Shown: one piece after another, positions 6,901-17,540 of the stretch
How the letters are laid out: each line of letters starts with the position of its first letter
Position numbering within the stretch: the stretch's first letter is position 1
NCBI GenBank assembly: GCA_030599585.1
Contig: JAUVNS010000005.1
Coordinates: 146,941 to 170,940 of the forward strand
DNA length: 24,000 nt
Reading direction: 5' to 3'
From: Promethearchaeota archaeon
Lineage (GTDB): Archaea > Asgardarchaeota > Lokiarchaeia > Sigyniarchaeales > SOKP01
Notes under the pieces: generated by a model
What the model saw: only the letters and a program-made list of their open reading frames with translations
Database searches by the model: none
Told to the model about the DNA's origin: nothing
Translations under genes and position numbers: made by a program

Positions 6901-8061
6901 ATGGTAACAATGAAAGAATTATCAAACAAGATAAGAAACGCTCCAAAATCAAAAATACGTGAACTTTTTGACCTTGCTGCGGGACGATCAGATGTTATAA
7001 GCTTAGGGATTGGGCAACCGGATTTTTCCACGCCTCAACCCGCAATAGAGGGGAATATTAATGCCTTAAAAGAGAAAATCACATATTACGCCCCTACGAA
7101 AGGTATTCCAGAATTATTACAGCATCTAGAAACCAAATTAAATTCTGTGAATAACATTAAAACAGCCTGGAAAGATAATATTATTATTACAAACGGCGGT
7201 TCCCAGGCTCTTCATCTTGCTTTTGCCTCCATTTTTAATTCTGGAGATGAGATAATAATTTCCTCTCCAAATTTTATCTCTTATTTCTATTTGAGTGCTT
7301 TTTTTGACTTAAGAGTGATTGAGGTTGAGAGGAAAAGCGACTTTAGTCCTAATATTGACAAAATAAAGAAATCAATTACTGATAAAACTAAAGCGATTTT
7401 AATTAATTCACCTAACAATCCAACTGGATATTCGTTAAGCACAAATGAATTACAGGAGATCGTTGAAATTGTTAAGAAACACGACTTATATTTAATCTCC
7501 GATGAAGTGTACGAAAATTATCTATACGACGATTCCAAGCATACAAGTCCAGCTTCGTTAAATGATATGTTTGAACGGACTATTACTATAAACGCCATGT
7601 CAAAACTGTATTCTGCTACGGGATTTAGATTAGGGTATGTAGCTGCAAGTAAGGATATAATAGATACAATGGAAAAATATCATCAATATACCGTAGCAGG
7701 TACAAACCACGCGGCTCAATATGGTTTTTTAGAGGCTTTAAAGATGGGTAGTAGTTTTTTTGACGAAATTTTAAAGAGTTTTGATGAAAGACGTTTATTA
7801 GCTTACAATCGTTTAACCGAATTGGGTTTTGATGTTGTTAAGCCAAAAGGAGCTTTTTACGTTATGCCGAAAATCAACGATTTTGGGTTAACTGGTGCTG
7901 AATTTTCGAAAAGAATAATGAAAGATCAGGCAGTCGCAATAGTTCCAGGTAATATTTTTGGATCTTACTCAGAATATATGTTAAGAATGTCTTATGCGAC
8001 TAAATTAGAAAAGCTCGAAGAAGCGATGGATAGGATTGAAAAATTTGTAAAAAAAATATAA
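6901..8061 (+). CDS. Class I/II PLP-dependent aminotransferase (aspartate/aromatic aminotransferase-like)
   Basis: NSPNNPTGY motif, the PLP-lysine block SKLYSATGFRLGY, and DEVY. The 386-aa length is typical of the family. Confidence 0.85.
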   Translation: MVTMKELSNKIRNAPKSKIRELFDLAAGRSDVISLGIGQPDFSTPQPAIEGNINALKEKITYYAPTKGIPELLQHLETKLNSVNNIKTAWKDNIIITNGGSQALHLAFASIFNSGDEIIISSPNFISYFYLSAFFDLRVIEVERKSDFSPNIDKIKKSITDKTKAILINSPNNPTGYSLSTNELQEIVEIVKKHDLYLISDEVYENYLYDDSKHTSPASLNDMFERTITINAMSKLYSATGFRLGYVAASKDIIDTMEKYHQYTVAGTNHAAQYGFLEALKMGSSFFDEILKSFDERRLLAYNRLTELGFDVVKPKGAFYVMPKINDFGLTGAEFSKRIMKDQAVAIVPGNIFGSYSEYMLRMSYATKLEKLEEAMDRIEKFVKKI

Positions 8062-8064
8062 ATT

Positions 8065-9192
8065 CTATTTTTCTAAATAAGTTCGTATTAGAGCTTGAGA
8101 TAGATATTCTGTTGATTTTATAACGTCATCTATCCTTATATATTCATCTGGTTTATGGATTACTCCTGGGTCTCCTGGTCCATAGATCACAAATGGAATA
8201 GCATTCTTTTTTTGAATGAGAACACCCGCATCTGTAGCGTAGGGTAAGCCTATAATTTCTTTTCCATTAATCTTTTTTAAATTCTGAATAAATGGAATTT
8301 CCATATCAGTCTGAAGTGCTGGGAGTGTATGGGTAATTTTTACTTCTAATTTACAAGGAGAAGCATTGATCGACCGTAATTTCGCATTTAATCTTGCAAA
8401 ATCTTGTTCAGGGATATATCTATAGTCAACAGATAAAATAGTTTTATTTGGAACTATATTGTACGCGACTCCTCCTGAAATTTTCCCAATATTCAGTGTA
8501 GAGGAGCCCAGAAATCTATTTTCAACATCATCCAAACATTCATGAAGTTGTGGAACAATTTTTAATGCACACTCAATAGAATTTATTCCGCCTTCGGGGG
8601 TTGAGGCATGTCCGGGTTTTCCATTAATATGGATATCTGCCCATAATAATCCTTTTTCGGCTATACCTATATTCATATTAGTTGGTTCTCCAACTATAAG
8701 TAGAACAGAATCTTTCATAAAACCCTTTCTAGCAAAGTTATAAGCTCCAGTCATACCAGATTCTTCATCCGCACTAGCTAAAAAGAAAATTGTGTAATTT
8801 TCTAATAATTCCGGATATTCTTTTAGATTTATTAATGTTCCAATAAGCATGGTTAATCCTCCTTTCATATCACATGCCCCTCTACCATACAATTTTCCAT
8901 CAATAACTTCAGCAGAGAACGGAGGATACTTCCATTGTGAATCTTCACCTGCCGGTACAACATCCAAATGCCCTGAGAGCATTATTTTTTCCTTACCAGT
9001 TCCGATTCTTGTTATAAGGTTCTTTAGCTCGATACCTTTTTTTCTGTAATTCATGACCTCATTATGAAAACCGTCAGACTCCTTAAAGATATCCGTGATT
9101 AGGTAGTTAATGATTTCATCGGTTTTCCCAGGTGGATTCTCCGTAGGTATTTGTACTAAATTCTTAAGAATTTGCTTTAAATTAGCTTTCAT
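8065..9192 (-). CDS. M20 family metallopeptidase/deacylase (ArgE/DapE-like)
   Basis: LSGHLDVVPAG, GRGACDMKGG, ADEESG and GHAS motifs match the M20 metal and catalytic residues. The gene is convergent with the aminotransferase, with a 3-nt spacer. Confidence 0.85.
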   Translation of the reverse strand: MKANLKQILKNLVQIPTENPPGKTDEIINYLITDIFKESDGFHNEVMNYRKKGIELKNLITRIGTGKEKIMLSGHLDVVPAGEDSQWKYPPFSAEVIDGKLYGRGACDMKGGLTMLIGTLINLKEYPELLENYTIFFLASADEESGMTGAYNFARKGFMKDSVLLIVGEPTNMNIGIAEKGLLWADIHINGKPGHASTPEGGINSIECALKIVPQLHECLDDVENRFLGSSTLNIGKISGGVAYNIVPNKTILSVDYRYIPEQDFARLNAKLRSINASPCKLEVKITHTLPALQTDMEIPFIQNLKKINGKEIIGLPYATDAGVLIQKKNAIPFVIYGPGDPGVIHKPDEYIRIDDVIKSTEYLSQALIRTYLEK

Positions 9193-9366
9193 GAATCATC
9201 TAATCAATTTAGAATTTGATGTATAAAAACTTTGAAAATCATAATAAATTTTCCCTTTTTAGAATTTATCGACAAACATCTGTTAAAAATCTCTATGAAC
9301 TCTAATTATTGTACTCATTTAGTATAAAAATAGAGAAAAAATAGAATTTAACAAAATGTAAACAAA

Positions 9367-10626
9367 TTAAATGTAATCCACTTCAAATGGAGTTTTTGGG
9401 AGTACCTCTGCTCCTTTTTTAGTAATCAATGTTGGAGATTCTAACCTTAGTCCACCAAGTCCAGGACGATTGAATACAACAGCAGCAATTTCGACCATAT
9501 ATTCTTCAAAGACCATAGGACCCCATTCTTTGCCAGGTACTACTACTGGCCACGATTCATTCCCTATAAGACCAATTCCGTGGCCTAATCCAAAGAAAAG
9601 ATCATTAGCATAACCTTCTTTATCAGCTACTTTTCTAACCGCTTGGTAACATTCCTCAAAGGTATTTCCAGGGTACATGTTATCAATAAGAGCGTAACAT
9701 AGTTGCTCGTATACATCATTAAATTTTTTTAGCTTAGATGGGCACTTTCCTAGCACGTAATTATGGCTTAAATCTCCGAGATAACATCCATATTCGCTGT
9801 GTAAATCTACAAGCAAGGATTCTCCCTCCTCTACTTTTTTGTTCGTCGCAGGCGTGCATCCATTAAAAGTCCAACTCGCTCGATAACCAGAACCTATTTC
9901 TTGACTACCGGTAAATGTCCATTCATAATTACTACCAGCTTTTCTCATCGCAAGGGTCCCTATACCTGCGATTTCGTTCTCAGTAAAAACTTTTCCTCTA
10001 GGTCGTTCACTTAATGCTTTTTTCACAGCTATCTGGCCAATATCCGTAATTTCGCTTGCCTTCCTTAACATCGCTATTTCTTCGGGCTCTTTAATAAATT
10101 GAATCCTCTCAGTCTTCTCGTTAAAATCGACTAATTCACATCCAGGAAAAATCTGCTTAAGTAATTGTGCTTCCGTATAAGAGAGCATTTGCCCAGTAAT
10201 ACAAATATCCAAGCCCAGTTCTACTCCAATTCGAGGAGGAGATCCTTTCGGATTGTATAATCCCGTCTTTTTTGCGATTGATTGAATTTTTTTTTCCCAG
10301 AAAAATCCTTTCATAGGACCCCACCCACTCACGTTTTTTAGGTGACCCTCCGCCTTAACCCGTTCAACATCTAAAAGGACCGTAAATAGTGAGGGATCAC
10401 CAGCTCCCTCTTTTGGTAAAAAAATTGCACTTTTCCAAGGAACAAAACATCCTGTTAAATAGGTAATTGATTTAACTCGAGTAAGAACACAAAAATCTAG
10501 GTTGAGTTCTTCCATTGCTGTTTGATATTTTTTAATATGTCCTTCCCAATTTATCTCAATTTCACTCATTTTCATTTCACTATGTTTTTTTACATTTTTT
10601 GCTTGATGGTTATAATTTAATTTCAT
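9367..10626 (-). CDS. M24 family peptidase (Xaa-Pro aminopeptidase/creatinase-like)
   Basis: Pita-bread metal ligand blocks: VDLHSEYGCYLGDLSHNY (D..D), GHGIGL (H), EEYMVEIAAV and GGLRLESPTLITKKG (E, E). It also has a creatinase/prolidase-like N-domain. The true start may be an internal Met (MKMSEIE). Confidence 0.8.
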   Translation of the reverse strand: MKLNYNHQAKNVKKHSEMKMSEIEINWEGHIKKYQTAMEELNLDFCVLTRVKSITYLTGCFVPWKSAIFLPKEGAGDPSLFTVLLDVERVKAEGHLKNVSGWGPMKGFFWEKKIQSIAKKTGLYNPKGSPPRIGVELGLDICITGQMLSYTEAQLLKQIFPGCELVDFNEKTERIQFIKEPEEIAMLRKASEITDIGQIAVKKALSERPRGKVFTENEIAGIGTLAMRKAGSNYEWTFTGSQEIGSGYRASWTFNGCTPATNKKVEEGESLLVDLHSEYGCYLGDLSHNYVLGKCPSKLKKFNDVYEQLCYALIDNMYPGNTFEECYQAVRKVADKEGYANDLFFGLGHGIGLIGNESWPVVVPGKEWGPMVFEEYMVEIAAVVFNRPGLGGLRLESPTLITKKGAEVLPKTPFEVDYI

Positions 10627-10775
10627 TATTTTATAATTGTTATTATTTAGTTAAAATACTGATATAAGTATAAAAAAAGAATTGCTTGTAGCTTTTAATA
10701 AAATAAAGGCGTAATTGAAAAATAGAAATTATTATGATTAATTCATTGATATTGCTAGCATTTCTTTATACTCTC

Positions 10776-13055
10776 TTATTGATACAAGTTAGAATCGCCA
10801 TTTTTTACTTTTTGGTCTTGAACGAGCTGTTTTGCTAAATTTTCGTACTTAACAATAGTTTCTTTTTGTAGTGTTGAGCCAACTTTGGAAAGAGCATACT
10901 CAAAATGTTTAAATTCAACAAAATCAAAATCTTCTAGTTTTTCTCGTATTGCTTGCATACCTGCTTCTCTACACAAATTTTCTAGATCTGCTCCACTATA
11001 TTTTTCTGTCATTAATGCTATGTTTTTCAGAGAAATACCTTCTTTAAGTGGCATATTTTTCGTATGAACTTCTAAAATCTTAATTCTTCCTTCATAATCT
11101 GGAGCAACTACATATAATAGTTTATCGATTCTTCCAGGCCGTAGTAGGGCTGGGTCAACCAAATCAGGCCGATTAGTACTAGCTACAACGACGATCCCGC
11201 TATTACTCTCGATCCCATCCATTTCCGTTAATAATTGGGTTAATACATTGTCGTGAACTGCTGATCCTTTCCATCCTCCTCGATTAGCAGAAAGGGCTTC
11301 AATTTCATCAAAATAAATAATAGAAGGGGCTAATTCTCTGGCTTTTGCGAATATACTCCTGATATTTTTTTCAGATTCACCAATCCATTTTGATATTAGT
11401 TCTGGACCTTTAATTGTTATAAAATTCGACTGTGTTTCGCTCGCTACAGCTTCTGCTAAGAGCGTTTTTCCGCAACCAGGAGGGCCAAAAAGTAGAATTC
11501 CCGCAACAGGGCGAATTCCCGCTTTCTTGAACAGGTTTGGATGCATTAATGGCCATTCAATGGCTTCTTTTAACTCTTGTTTTATTTCATCCAATCCACC
11601 AACGTCATCCCATGAAATTTCGGGAATTTCTCTAAGATACTCTCTTAAAGCAGATGGTTTTATTTCTTTGGATGCTTTTAGAAAATTTTTATCTTTTACA
11701 AATAATTTCTGAATGATCTCAATTGGGATAGGTTCGTCAATATTAATTTCAGGTAACATATCTCTAATAGCATCCATAGCAGCTTCTCGAACGAAAGCCA
11801 TGATATCTGCTCCAACAAAACCGTGGGTGATCCCAGAATAGTAATCTATATCTACATCATTTGCAACTGGCATTCCTCGAGTGTGAATTTTAAAAATTTC
11901 ATTCCTTGCGCTTTTATTTGGAACTCTAAATCTTATTTCGGTATCAAATCTTCCTGGTCTTCTTAGAGCTTGATCAATAGCGTCTACTCGGTTTGTAGCT
12001 CCAATCACGATCACTCCCTCTCTTCCTTTCATTCCGTCAAGAAGTGTAAGTAATTGAGACACTACTCGTCTTTCAACTTCGCCTGTAACATCACTTCTTT
12101 TAGGGGCTATTGAGTCAAGTTCATCAATAAAAATTATTGTAGGTGCGTGCTTTTCAGCTTCGTTAAAAACATTTTTCAAATTTCTCTCGCTATCCCCATA
12201 AAATTTACTCATTATCTCAGGACCATTAATAGTAATGAAGTGAGCATTTGCTTCTTGAGAAACCGCCTTTGCCATCAATGTTTTTCCTGTACCGGGTGGT
12301 CCATAAAACAAAACTCCTGTTGGGGGTTCAATATTCAATCTTCGGAATAATTCGGGATGTCTAATGGGTAATTCAATTACCTCTCTAATCCTTTGAATTT
12401 CATCAGTTAAACCTCCAACATCATCGTATGTAATAATTTCTCCGGCAATATTTAGAAGTGCAACTTTTTTATTTATTTTTATCCTTGTTTCCCGAGTAAG
12501 TCTAACTACCTTGTCCATAGGTTTAGTGCTAAGCACTACTAATCTTAAAGGGCCTAAAGTTGCTCTCCTCTGAGTTCCCCCCATATTGAGCATTCTCATA
12601 AATCCATTCATAGGATTGTTTCCTTCATCAGATTTAATATAAGCCCCGGGAACATCTATCAAATCTCCAACCATCACGGGTTTATCAATCAGTTTTCCCT
12701 TTATGGCATCTGCTTGCTTTTTAATGTCGTAAATTCCCTTAGTCGGTGCGAGTTCAATTTCTCTCGCTGGTTCTACATTAATGTATCGAATAGTAACCAA
12801 TTCACCAATAGTAGATCCAAGATTTAATCTTTGTATTCCGTCTATTCTTATAATCTCCTTTCCTTTATCTGCAAAGCTCGCCACAACAATACCCGCAGTT
12901 TTCTTCCTCCCAACGATTTCTATAATATCACCAGTAGACAATCTTAATCTTTCCATAATTGATTGATCTACATAGCATAAACTTCTCCCGCTACGGCTTG
13001 ACTCTAACCTTTCAATTCTCAGTTTTGCTGATTTAGGCATTCCTTCGTTATTCAT
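10776..13055 (-). CDS. cdc48: CDC48/VCP(p97)-type AAA+ ATPase
   Basis: 759 aa with an N-domain and two AAA cassettes. Walker A motifs are GPPGTGKT and GPPGCGKT, Walker B motifs are IIFIDELD and IIYFDEIE, and RPGRFD/RPGRID are second-region-of-homology motifs. Confidence 0.95.
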   Translation of the reverse strand: MNNEGMPKSAKLRIERLESSRSGRSLCYVDQSIMERLRLSTGDIIEIVGRKKTAGIVVASFADKGKEIIRIDGIQRLNLGSTIGELVTIRYINVEPAREIELAPTKGIYDIKKQADAIKGKLIDKPVMVGDLIDVPGAYIKSDEGNNPMNGFMRMLNMGGTQRRATLGPLRLVVLSTKPMDKVVRLTRETRIKINKKVALLNIAGEIITYDDVGGLTDEIQRIREVIELPIRHPELFRRLNIEPPTGVLFYGPPGTGKTLMAKAVSQEANAHFITINGPEIMSKFYGDSERNLKNVFNEAEKHAPTIIFIDELDSIAPKRSDVTGEVERRVVSQLLTLLDGMKGREGVIVIGATNRVDAIDQALRRPGRFDTEIRFRVPNKSARNEIFKIHTRGMPVANDVDIDYYSGITHGFVGADIMAFVREAAMDAIRDMLPEINIDEPIPIEIIQKLFVKDKNFLKASKEIKPSALREYLREIPEISWDDVGGLDEIKQELKEAIEWPLMHPNLFKKAGIRPVAGILLFGPPGCGKTLLAEAVASETQSNFITIKGPELISKWIGESEKNIRSIFAKARELAPSIIYFDEIEALSANRGGWKGSAVHDNVLTQLLTEMDGIESNSGIVVVASTNRPDLVDPALLRPGRIDKLLYVVAPDYEGRIKILEVHTKNMPLKEGISLKNIALMTEKYSGADLENLCREAGMQAIREKLEDFDFVEFKHFEYALSKVGSTLQKETIVKYENLAKQLVQDQKVKNGDSNLYQ

Positions 13056-13303
13056 TTTATTAGAAATTTCTTTTTTATTTTGCTATTTTAAGATAAATAA
13101 TGGTACTTTATTTTCTTTTGTATTATTTAATATAACGAGTCATGTTAGCTCGACAAATCAAAATTTAAAGTTATAATATCTTATTTGATGAATTTAAGCA
13201 ATTCATGAGTTCGTACACTTACATTCACGACTTTATCTAATAAAACTAAACCAATTTTTAGATTTGTTTCGATTCATCAAAACCAGAACAATACGCTCTA
13301 GTG

Positions 13304-14110
13304 TTAAATTAGGTTAATATTTAGATTTTGTGCTAAATATCTTTTAAAATCCTCGAGTATTGCTTTAGTATCAGTTAATTCTCTCTTTCTTTTTTTTATA
13401 AAGGATTTCCTGTATTTTAATATATCATCTTTGTGAGAGAGATTTTGAGGAACATCTAAAAGTCTTCCCACATATTTTCGGGTGATAAGGTCTAAAGCTG
13501 TTAAATTTGAGGAATGGAGTGTTTTTCTAACCGTTGTTGTTATTGTTGTTTTTTTAAGATCTTCTGCAATTTTAATAATTAGATCCTCTATAAATTTGAC
13601 TGGATCAGAAGATTGAGTTGAAGTATAAGTTCTGAATGGGTGATCCCATTTATATTTTTTAAAATTATCAAATTTATTGTGAATTTTTTGAATTACATTA
13701 TTAGGGATAGGTTTACCCCTTTTTTCATTGCGCTTCAAACATAGTTCAAGCGGTGTAGATATATGAATTATATAAAAATTTATTCTTAAGTCATCAGCAA
13801 TAGATTTTAAATCATGTCTCATGCTTGAATAGTAGTTTAAATCGTCATTAATAACTATTATTCTCTTTTTGAGATATTTCCTCACTTTTTTAAGCGTTTC
13901 TTCTCTTATGCGAGGTTCATTTTGAAAATCAAAAATTTTTGGAGATAAAGTATCCCTTAATAAGTCTGGATCGATAATTTTAATTTCTGCTTGAAAGTAG
14001 AGATTTAATTTTTTTTTTAAAATGTCAGCGAAAGTGGTTTTTCCCGATGCGGGTAACCCCACTAATATAATAAGAAAAATTTTATTATTATTCAATTTGC
14101 TCCTCTTCAT
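13304..14110 (-). CDS. pstK: PSTK/KTI12-family P-loop kinase; best read as O-phosphoseryl-tRNA(Sec) kinase
   Basis: P-loop GLPASGKTT, then the DDLNYYSSMRHDL block, an RxxxR motif (RNEKR) followed by GKPIP, and KYKWDHPF. These match blocks I recall from archaeal PSTK (M. jannaschii type). The family also includes KTI12, so the specific call needs phylogeny. Confidence 0.6.
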   Translation of the reverse strand: MKRSKLNNNKIFLIILVGLPASGKTTFADILKKKLNLYFQAEIKIIDPDLLRDTLSPKIFDFQNEPRIREETLKKVRKYLKKRIIVINDDLNYYSSMRHDLKSIADDLRINFYIIHISTPLELCLKRNEKRGKPIPNNVIQKIHNKFDNFKKYKWDHPFRTYTSTQSSDPVKFIEDLIIKIAEDLKKTTITTTVRKTLHSSNLTALDLITRKYVGRLLDVPQNLSHKDDILKYRKSFIKKRKRELTDTKAILEDFKRYLAQNLNINLI

Positions 14111-14384
14111 TGAAAGTTCTTACAAGCTGAATCTTCTCTTTCCTTGAATAGGTCTTAATTTCTAGCTCTCTTTTCATAGCCATTCCTCTTTCTCCAAAAG
14201 TTTCAAAATACTTAAGTTTTATACTCTTTTTACCTCGACAAAATTTAGCGCCGGTCCCCTTTTTGTGTTCTTCTAATCTTCTCTGTAAATTATTGGTATA
14301 TCCCGTGTAGAATCTCTTTTTATTATTCTTCGCAATCGTTTCTAAAATATACACGAAATAAATTCCTTTCATTAATAGAGACAC
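14088..14384 (-). CDS. GIY-YIG nuclease-domain protein (UPF0213/Slx1-core-like)
   Basis: YFVYILE...FYTGYTNNLQRRLEEHKKG is the canonical GIY-(x10)-YTG...R..EH motif series. The protein is 98 aa. Its 3' end overlaps the downstream kinase gene by 23 nt, which suggests an operon. Confidence 0.85.
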   Translation of the reverse strand: MSLLMKGIYFVYILETIAKNNKKRFYTGYTNNLQRRLEEHKKGTGAKFCRGKKSIKLKYFETFGERGMAMKRELEIKTYSRKEKIQLVRTFNEEEQIE

Positions 14385-14600
14385 CTATATTATTTATAAG
14401 ATAATTTTTCAACTATTTATTTTTTTTGGCAAAACTATCGCATTATATCCTTATTAAAAGAAAATCTAAAGATTCGTAATACATATTTTGTGATTAACAA
14501 ATTAATCTACTAAAAATTAAATTTATTAATAAGAACTTTTATATTTTTTAAAGGAAGTGTTAGGTTTTTCTGGTGAGTTACTTTTCCTCTAGGTATTTGT

Positions 14601-15218
14601 TTGATTAAATGGGATGAGGTTCTTGGTGGAAACATTTACATGAAGTTTCCGGAAGGATTAGAGGTTCTGGATAATGCAGTGCAACAAATCCAGATTTCAC
14701 ATAATTTTATCGAATCATACATCACTATTGAAGAAAAAAATTGGAACTCAATTTCTTATTATAACGAAAATAGAGAAATAATAATCGTATTAGTATTAGA
14801 CAAATACGATGATGGATCGGATTACACTGTAATACTAGATGAATTTAAGAAAGAGCTCGAGTTAGAATTAAGCGAAGCTGAGCTTAAAAAGCACTTGGAA
14901 AGAATCTATAAATTATCTTTAAAGGTATTTAGGACTAGGGACGAAGTAATTGGGAAGTTAAGCAATCAGGTCGCCCAATTAAAAACGATGGAATATGACT
15001 TGAAAAGACGATTTGAGAAAATTGTTAACGCTGACCACCTTAAAGTAAAAAGTAAAATCCAATTCTTATTAGCTGTAAATAATGAGATGAATTATAAAGA
15101 ATTACATAAATTAATTAACACTAGCAAAAATTGGCTCGATAAGGTCTTAGAAACTCTCACACAGAACAAGATTATTGGATATAGTGTTACAAAAGATACA
15201 TATTATCTTATTATATGA
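14601..15218 (+). CDS. Hypothetical protein: small N-terminal alpha/beta domain, coiled coil, C-terminal winged-helix
   Basis: The ORF opens after a TGA at 14574-14576. Candidate starts are TTG 14601 or ATG 14640. The middle region LELELSEAELKKHLERIYKLSL...QVAQLKTMEYDLKRRFEKI is heptad-like. The C-terminus KIQFLLAVNNEMNYKELHKLINTSKNWLDKVLETLTQNKIIGYSVTKDTYYL has an H1-H2-H3-wing wHTH pattern. Confidence 0.5.
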   Translation: MIKWDEVLGGNIYMKFPEGLEVLDNAVQQIQISHNFIESYITIEEKNWNSISYYNENREIIIVLVLDKYDDGSDYTVILDEFKKELELELSEAELKKHLERIYKLSLKVFRTRDEVIGKLSNQVAQLKTMEYDLKRRFEKIVNADHLKVKSKIQFLLAVNNEMNYKELHKLINTSKNWLDKVLETLTQNKIIGYSVTKDTYYLII

Positions 15219-15316
15219 ACATCCTAAATAGCTGCTCTATAAAGAATTACATTATTAAAATGGTTATTATTTTTATTATTATTAATTTATAATTTTAATT
15301 TTTAATAGTAGCGAAA

Positions 15317-16456
15317 TTGATAATGAACCTTTCAGAAGAAGAGCAGCAAGAAGTTCTAAAAGTAATGAAATCTCAGATGCTAACACTCTTACATGGTGAG
15401 TTTGTCAGTAAATTCGAAAAGGAATTTGCACAATATATCGGTGTAAAGCATGCTATTGCAGTCAATACCGGTACAGCAGCACTTCACATAGCTATTGCGG
15501 CGTTAAATATTGGTCCGGGAGACGAGGTTATTGTCCCTCCTTTTACATTTATCGCGAGTGCAAGTTCAATACTACACAATAATGCGATACCTATTTTTGC
15601 AGATATTGACGATAAATCTTATACATTAGATCCCAACTCTGTAAGGGATAAAATTACTGAGAAAACGAAAGCAATTATCCCAGTACATTTAGCAGGAATT
15701 AGTGCTGATATGAGCGAACTTATGGATATTGGAAGCGATAATGGAATAAGCATAATAGAGGATGCTGCACAATCTATTGGAACGCGATGTTATAAAAAAA
15801 AAGTGGGTTCTATAGGGCATCTTGGTTGTTTCAGCTTTTATCCCTCTAAAAATATGACTACGGGAGAAGGAGGGATGATTACTACCAATGATGACGAATT
15901 AGCTGAGCAATGCCGATTACTCAGACACCATGGTGAACCAGAATGGTATGTTTATAATAGGTTAGGATATAACTATAGAATGACTGAAATTCAAGGCGCA
16001 ATTGGAAGAGTCCAATTAAAAAAAATAGATTCTTTTATCAGTATGAGGAATAAAAATGCCAAATATCTTTCAGAAGCAACTTCCAATTTGAACGGCATTA
16101 GCCCTCCTTTCATTCCTGAATATTGCGAACCCGCGTTTAATTATTGGATTGGAAGGCTAGATCCTGGTGTTTTAGGAATTACTAAATCTCAATTCTTAAA
16201 CAGATTTCCAAGGAGTAAGGTTCTCTATCCGAAACCTCTTTATAAAACAAAATTGTTCCAAGAAAAAATTGCATACTCTCATGGATGTCCCTGGTCATGC
16301 CCTTTCTATAATAAAGAAATAAATTATAAAGAAGTTTATTTACCAATAGTAGAGAAAGTAACGCAGGAAATATTCGCTCTAGATATCCATCCTAAAATAT
16401 CTAAGGAATCCCTTGATGAAAACATAGAAATTATGACAAAAATTTCAGAAAATTAA
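15317..16456 (+). CDS. DegT/DnrJ/EryC1/StrS-family PLP-dependent sugar aminotransferase
   Basis: The SFYPSKNMTTGEGGM block contains the PLP lysine. Also present are NTGTAALHIA, DAAQSIG and YNYRMTEIQGAIG. The ORF-track start is TTG 15317, but ATG at 15323 is the more likely start. Confidence 0.9.
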   Translation: MIMNLSEEEQQEVLKVMKSQMLTLLHGEFVSKFEKEFAQYIGVKHAIAVNTGTAALHIAIAALNIGPGDEVIVPPFTFIASASSILHNNAIPIFADIDDKSYTLDPNSVRDKITEKTKAIIPVHLAGISADMSELMDIGSDNGISIIEDAAQSIGTRCYKKKVGSIGHLGCFSFYPSKNMTTGEGGMITTNDDELAEQCRLLRHHGEPEWYVYNRLGYNYRMTEIQGAIGRVQLKKIDSFISMRNKNAKYLSEATSNLNGISPPFIPEYCEPAFNYWIGRLDPGVLGITKSQFLNRFPRSKVLYPKPLYKTKLFQEKIAYSHGCPWSCPFYNKEINYKEVYLPIVEKVTQEIFALDIHPKISKESLDENIEIMTKISEN

Positions 16457-16467
16457 CAATAAAATTC

Positions 16468-16476
16468 TTTTTTTTT
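16468..16476 (+). terminator. Oligo-T tract (T9), terminator candidate
   Basis: T9 lies 12 nt after the TAA stop of the DegT-family gene. Confidence 0.45.
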
Positions 16477-16535
16477 ATGAAGATATTACCGGGATATTAT
16501 TACAGATGATAAATAATATTTCGATATTATAGATT

Positions 16536-16889
16536 ATGTCGCTGTCTTTAAAGAGGAATAAATTTCTCCAATTATTTCATAAAATCAGCAATAGTAAGAT
16601 TAGACATAGAGGACCTTTAATTTTAAGATTGTACGGTCTGTTAAATGAGGTAGACTTCGAGAACGAAAATCGATTCATCCTTTGTAATTTTATTGACCAA
16701 AATAGTGAGCTTTTCAGCCTAAGTAGAGATATTTACGAGATTAACAATGATGTGACCTTAAACCAATTGTTTCTATTCGCTTATAGCAAAGCTAGGATCA
16801 ACAATCTTATCCCAAACCTTTATTCTGAATACATTAATTCCATAAACGCCATATCTCAAAAAATTGATACTCAATCAAATCTGCCTTAA
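16536..16889 (+). CDS. Hypothetical protein (117 aa), no recognisable motif
   Basis: ORF with an ATG start. It occupies an otherwise empty gap on the same strand, 126 nt upstream of a small GTPase gene. Coding status is not independently supported. Confidence 0.4.
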   Translation: MSLSLKRNKFLQLFHKISNSKIRHRGPLILRLYGLLNEVDFENENRFILCNFIDQNSELFSLSRDIYEINNDVTLNQLFLFAYSKARINNLIPNLYSEYINSINAISQKIDTQSNLP

Positions 16890-17015
16890 ATCTTATTTAT
16901 AGATTTAAAAATACCATTTAAAGATAAATATAGATCCTTAAGTTAAGACAAAATAATTAAAAATGATAATTATTATTATGAATGTAATACAAGTTAATTG
17001 TTAAATTGAACAATC

Positions 17016-17540
17016 ATGAGCATCGAAGCGAATTATATAGTGAAGATTTGTTTACTCGGAGAAGCTAATGTTGGTAAAACTTCATTAGTCTATAGATTTA
17101 TCGAAAACAAATTTAGAGGAAATTATAAATCTACCTTAGGTGTAAACCTATTAAAGAAAGATATGAAAATTGAAGAATTCGGGGATGTCTCTGCACAAAT
17201 CTGGGATTTAGGGGGCCAAGAAAGTTTTAAAAGCCTTCGCAAGCTGTATTTAGAAGGTGCTAATGGTGCTTTAGTTATATATGACAGCACTAAAAGAAGT
17301 TCTTTTGAAAAACTTTACGATTGGATTCAAGATTTCAAAGATGCTAGGGGAGACGAACCTATGCTTCTAATTGGGAATAAAAGCGATTTATCTGATAATA
17401 TTCTGATAGAAGACAGTGAAGCTATGGAATTAGCACAAAATTACAATATGGAATTTATATCCACTTCAGCAAAAACAGGTGAAAATGTCGAAGAAGCTTT
17501 TTTAAGAGTTATAAAGACAATTCTTGATAAGAGTTTATAA
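17016..17540 (+). CDS. Ras-superfamily small GTPase, Rab-like
   Basis: G1 GEANVGKTS, switch I YKSTLGVNL, G3 WDLGGQE, G4 GNKSDL, G5 STSAKTG. There is no C-terminal Cys (ends ILDKSL). Confidence 0.9.
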   Translation: MSIEANYIVKICLLGEANVGKTSLVYRFIENKFRGNYKSTLGVNLLKKDMKIEEFGDVSAQIWDLGGQESFKSLRKLYLEGANGALVIYDSTKRSSFEKLYDWIQDFKDARGDEPMLLIGNKSDLSDNILIEDSEAMELAQNYNMEFISTSAKTGENVEEAFLRVIKTILDKSL

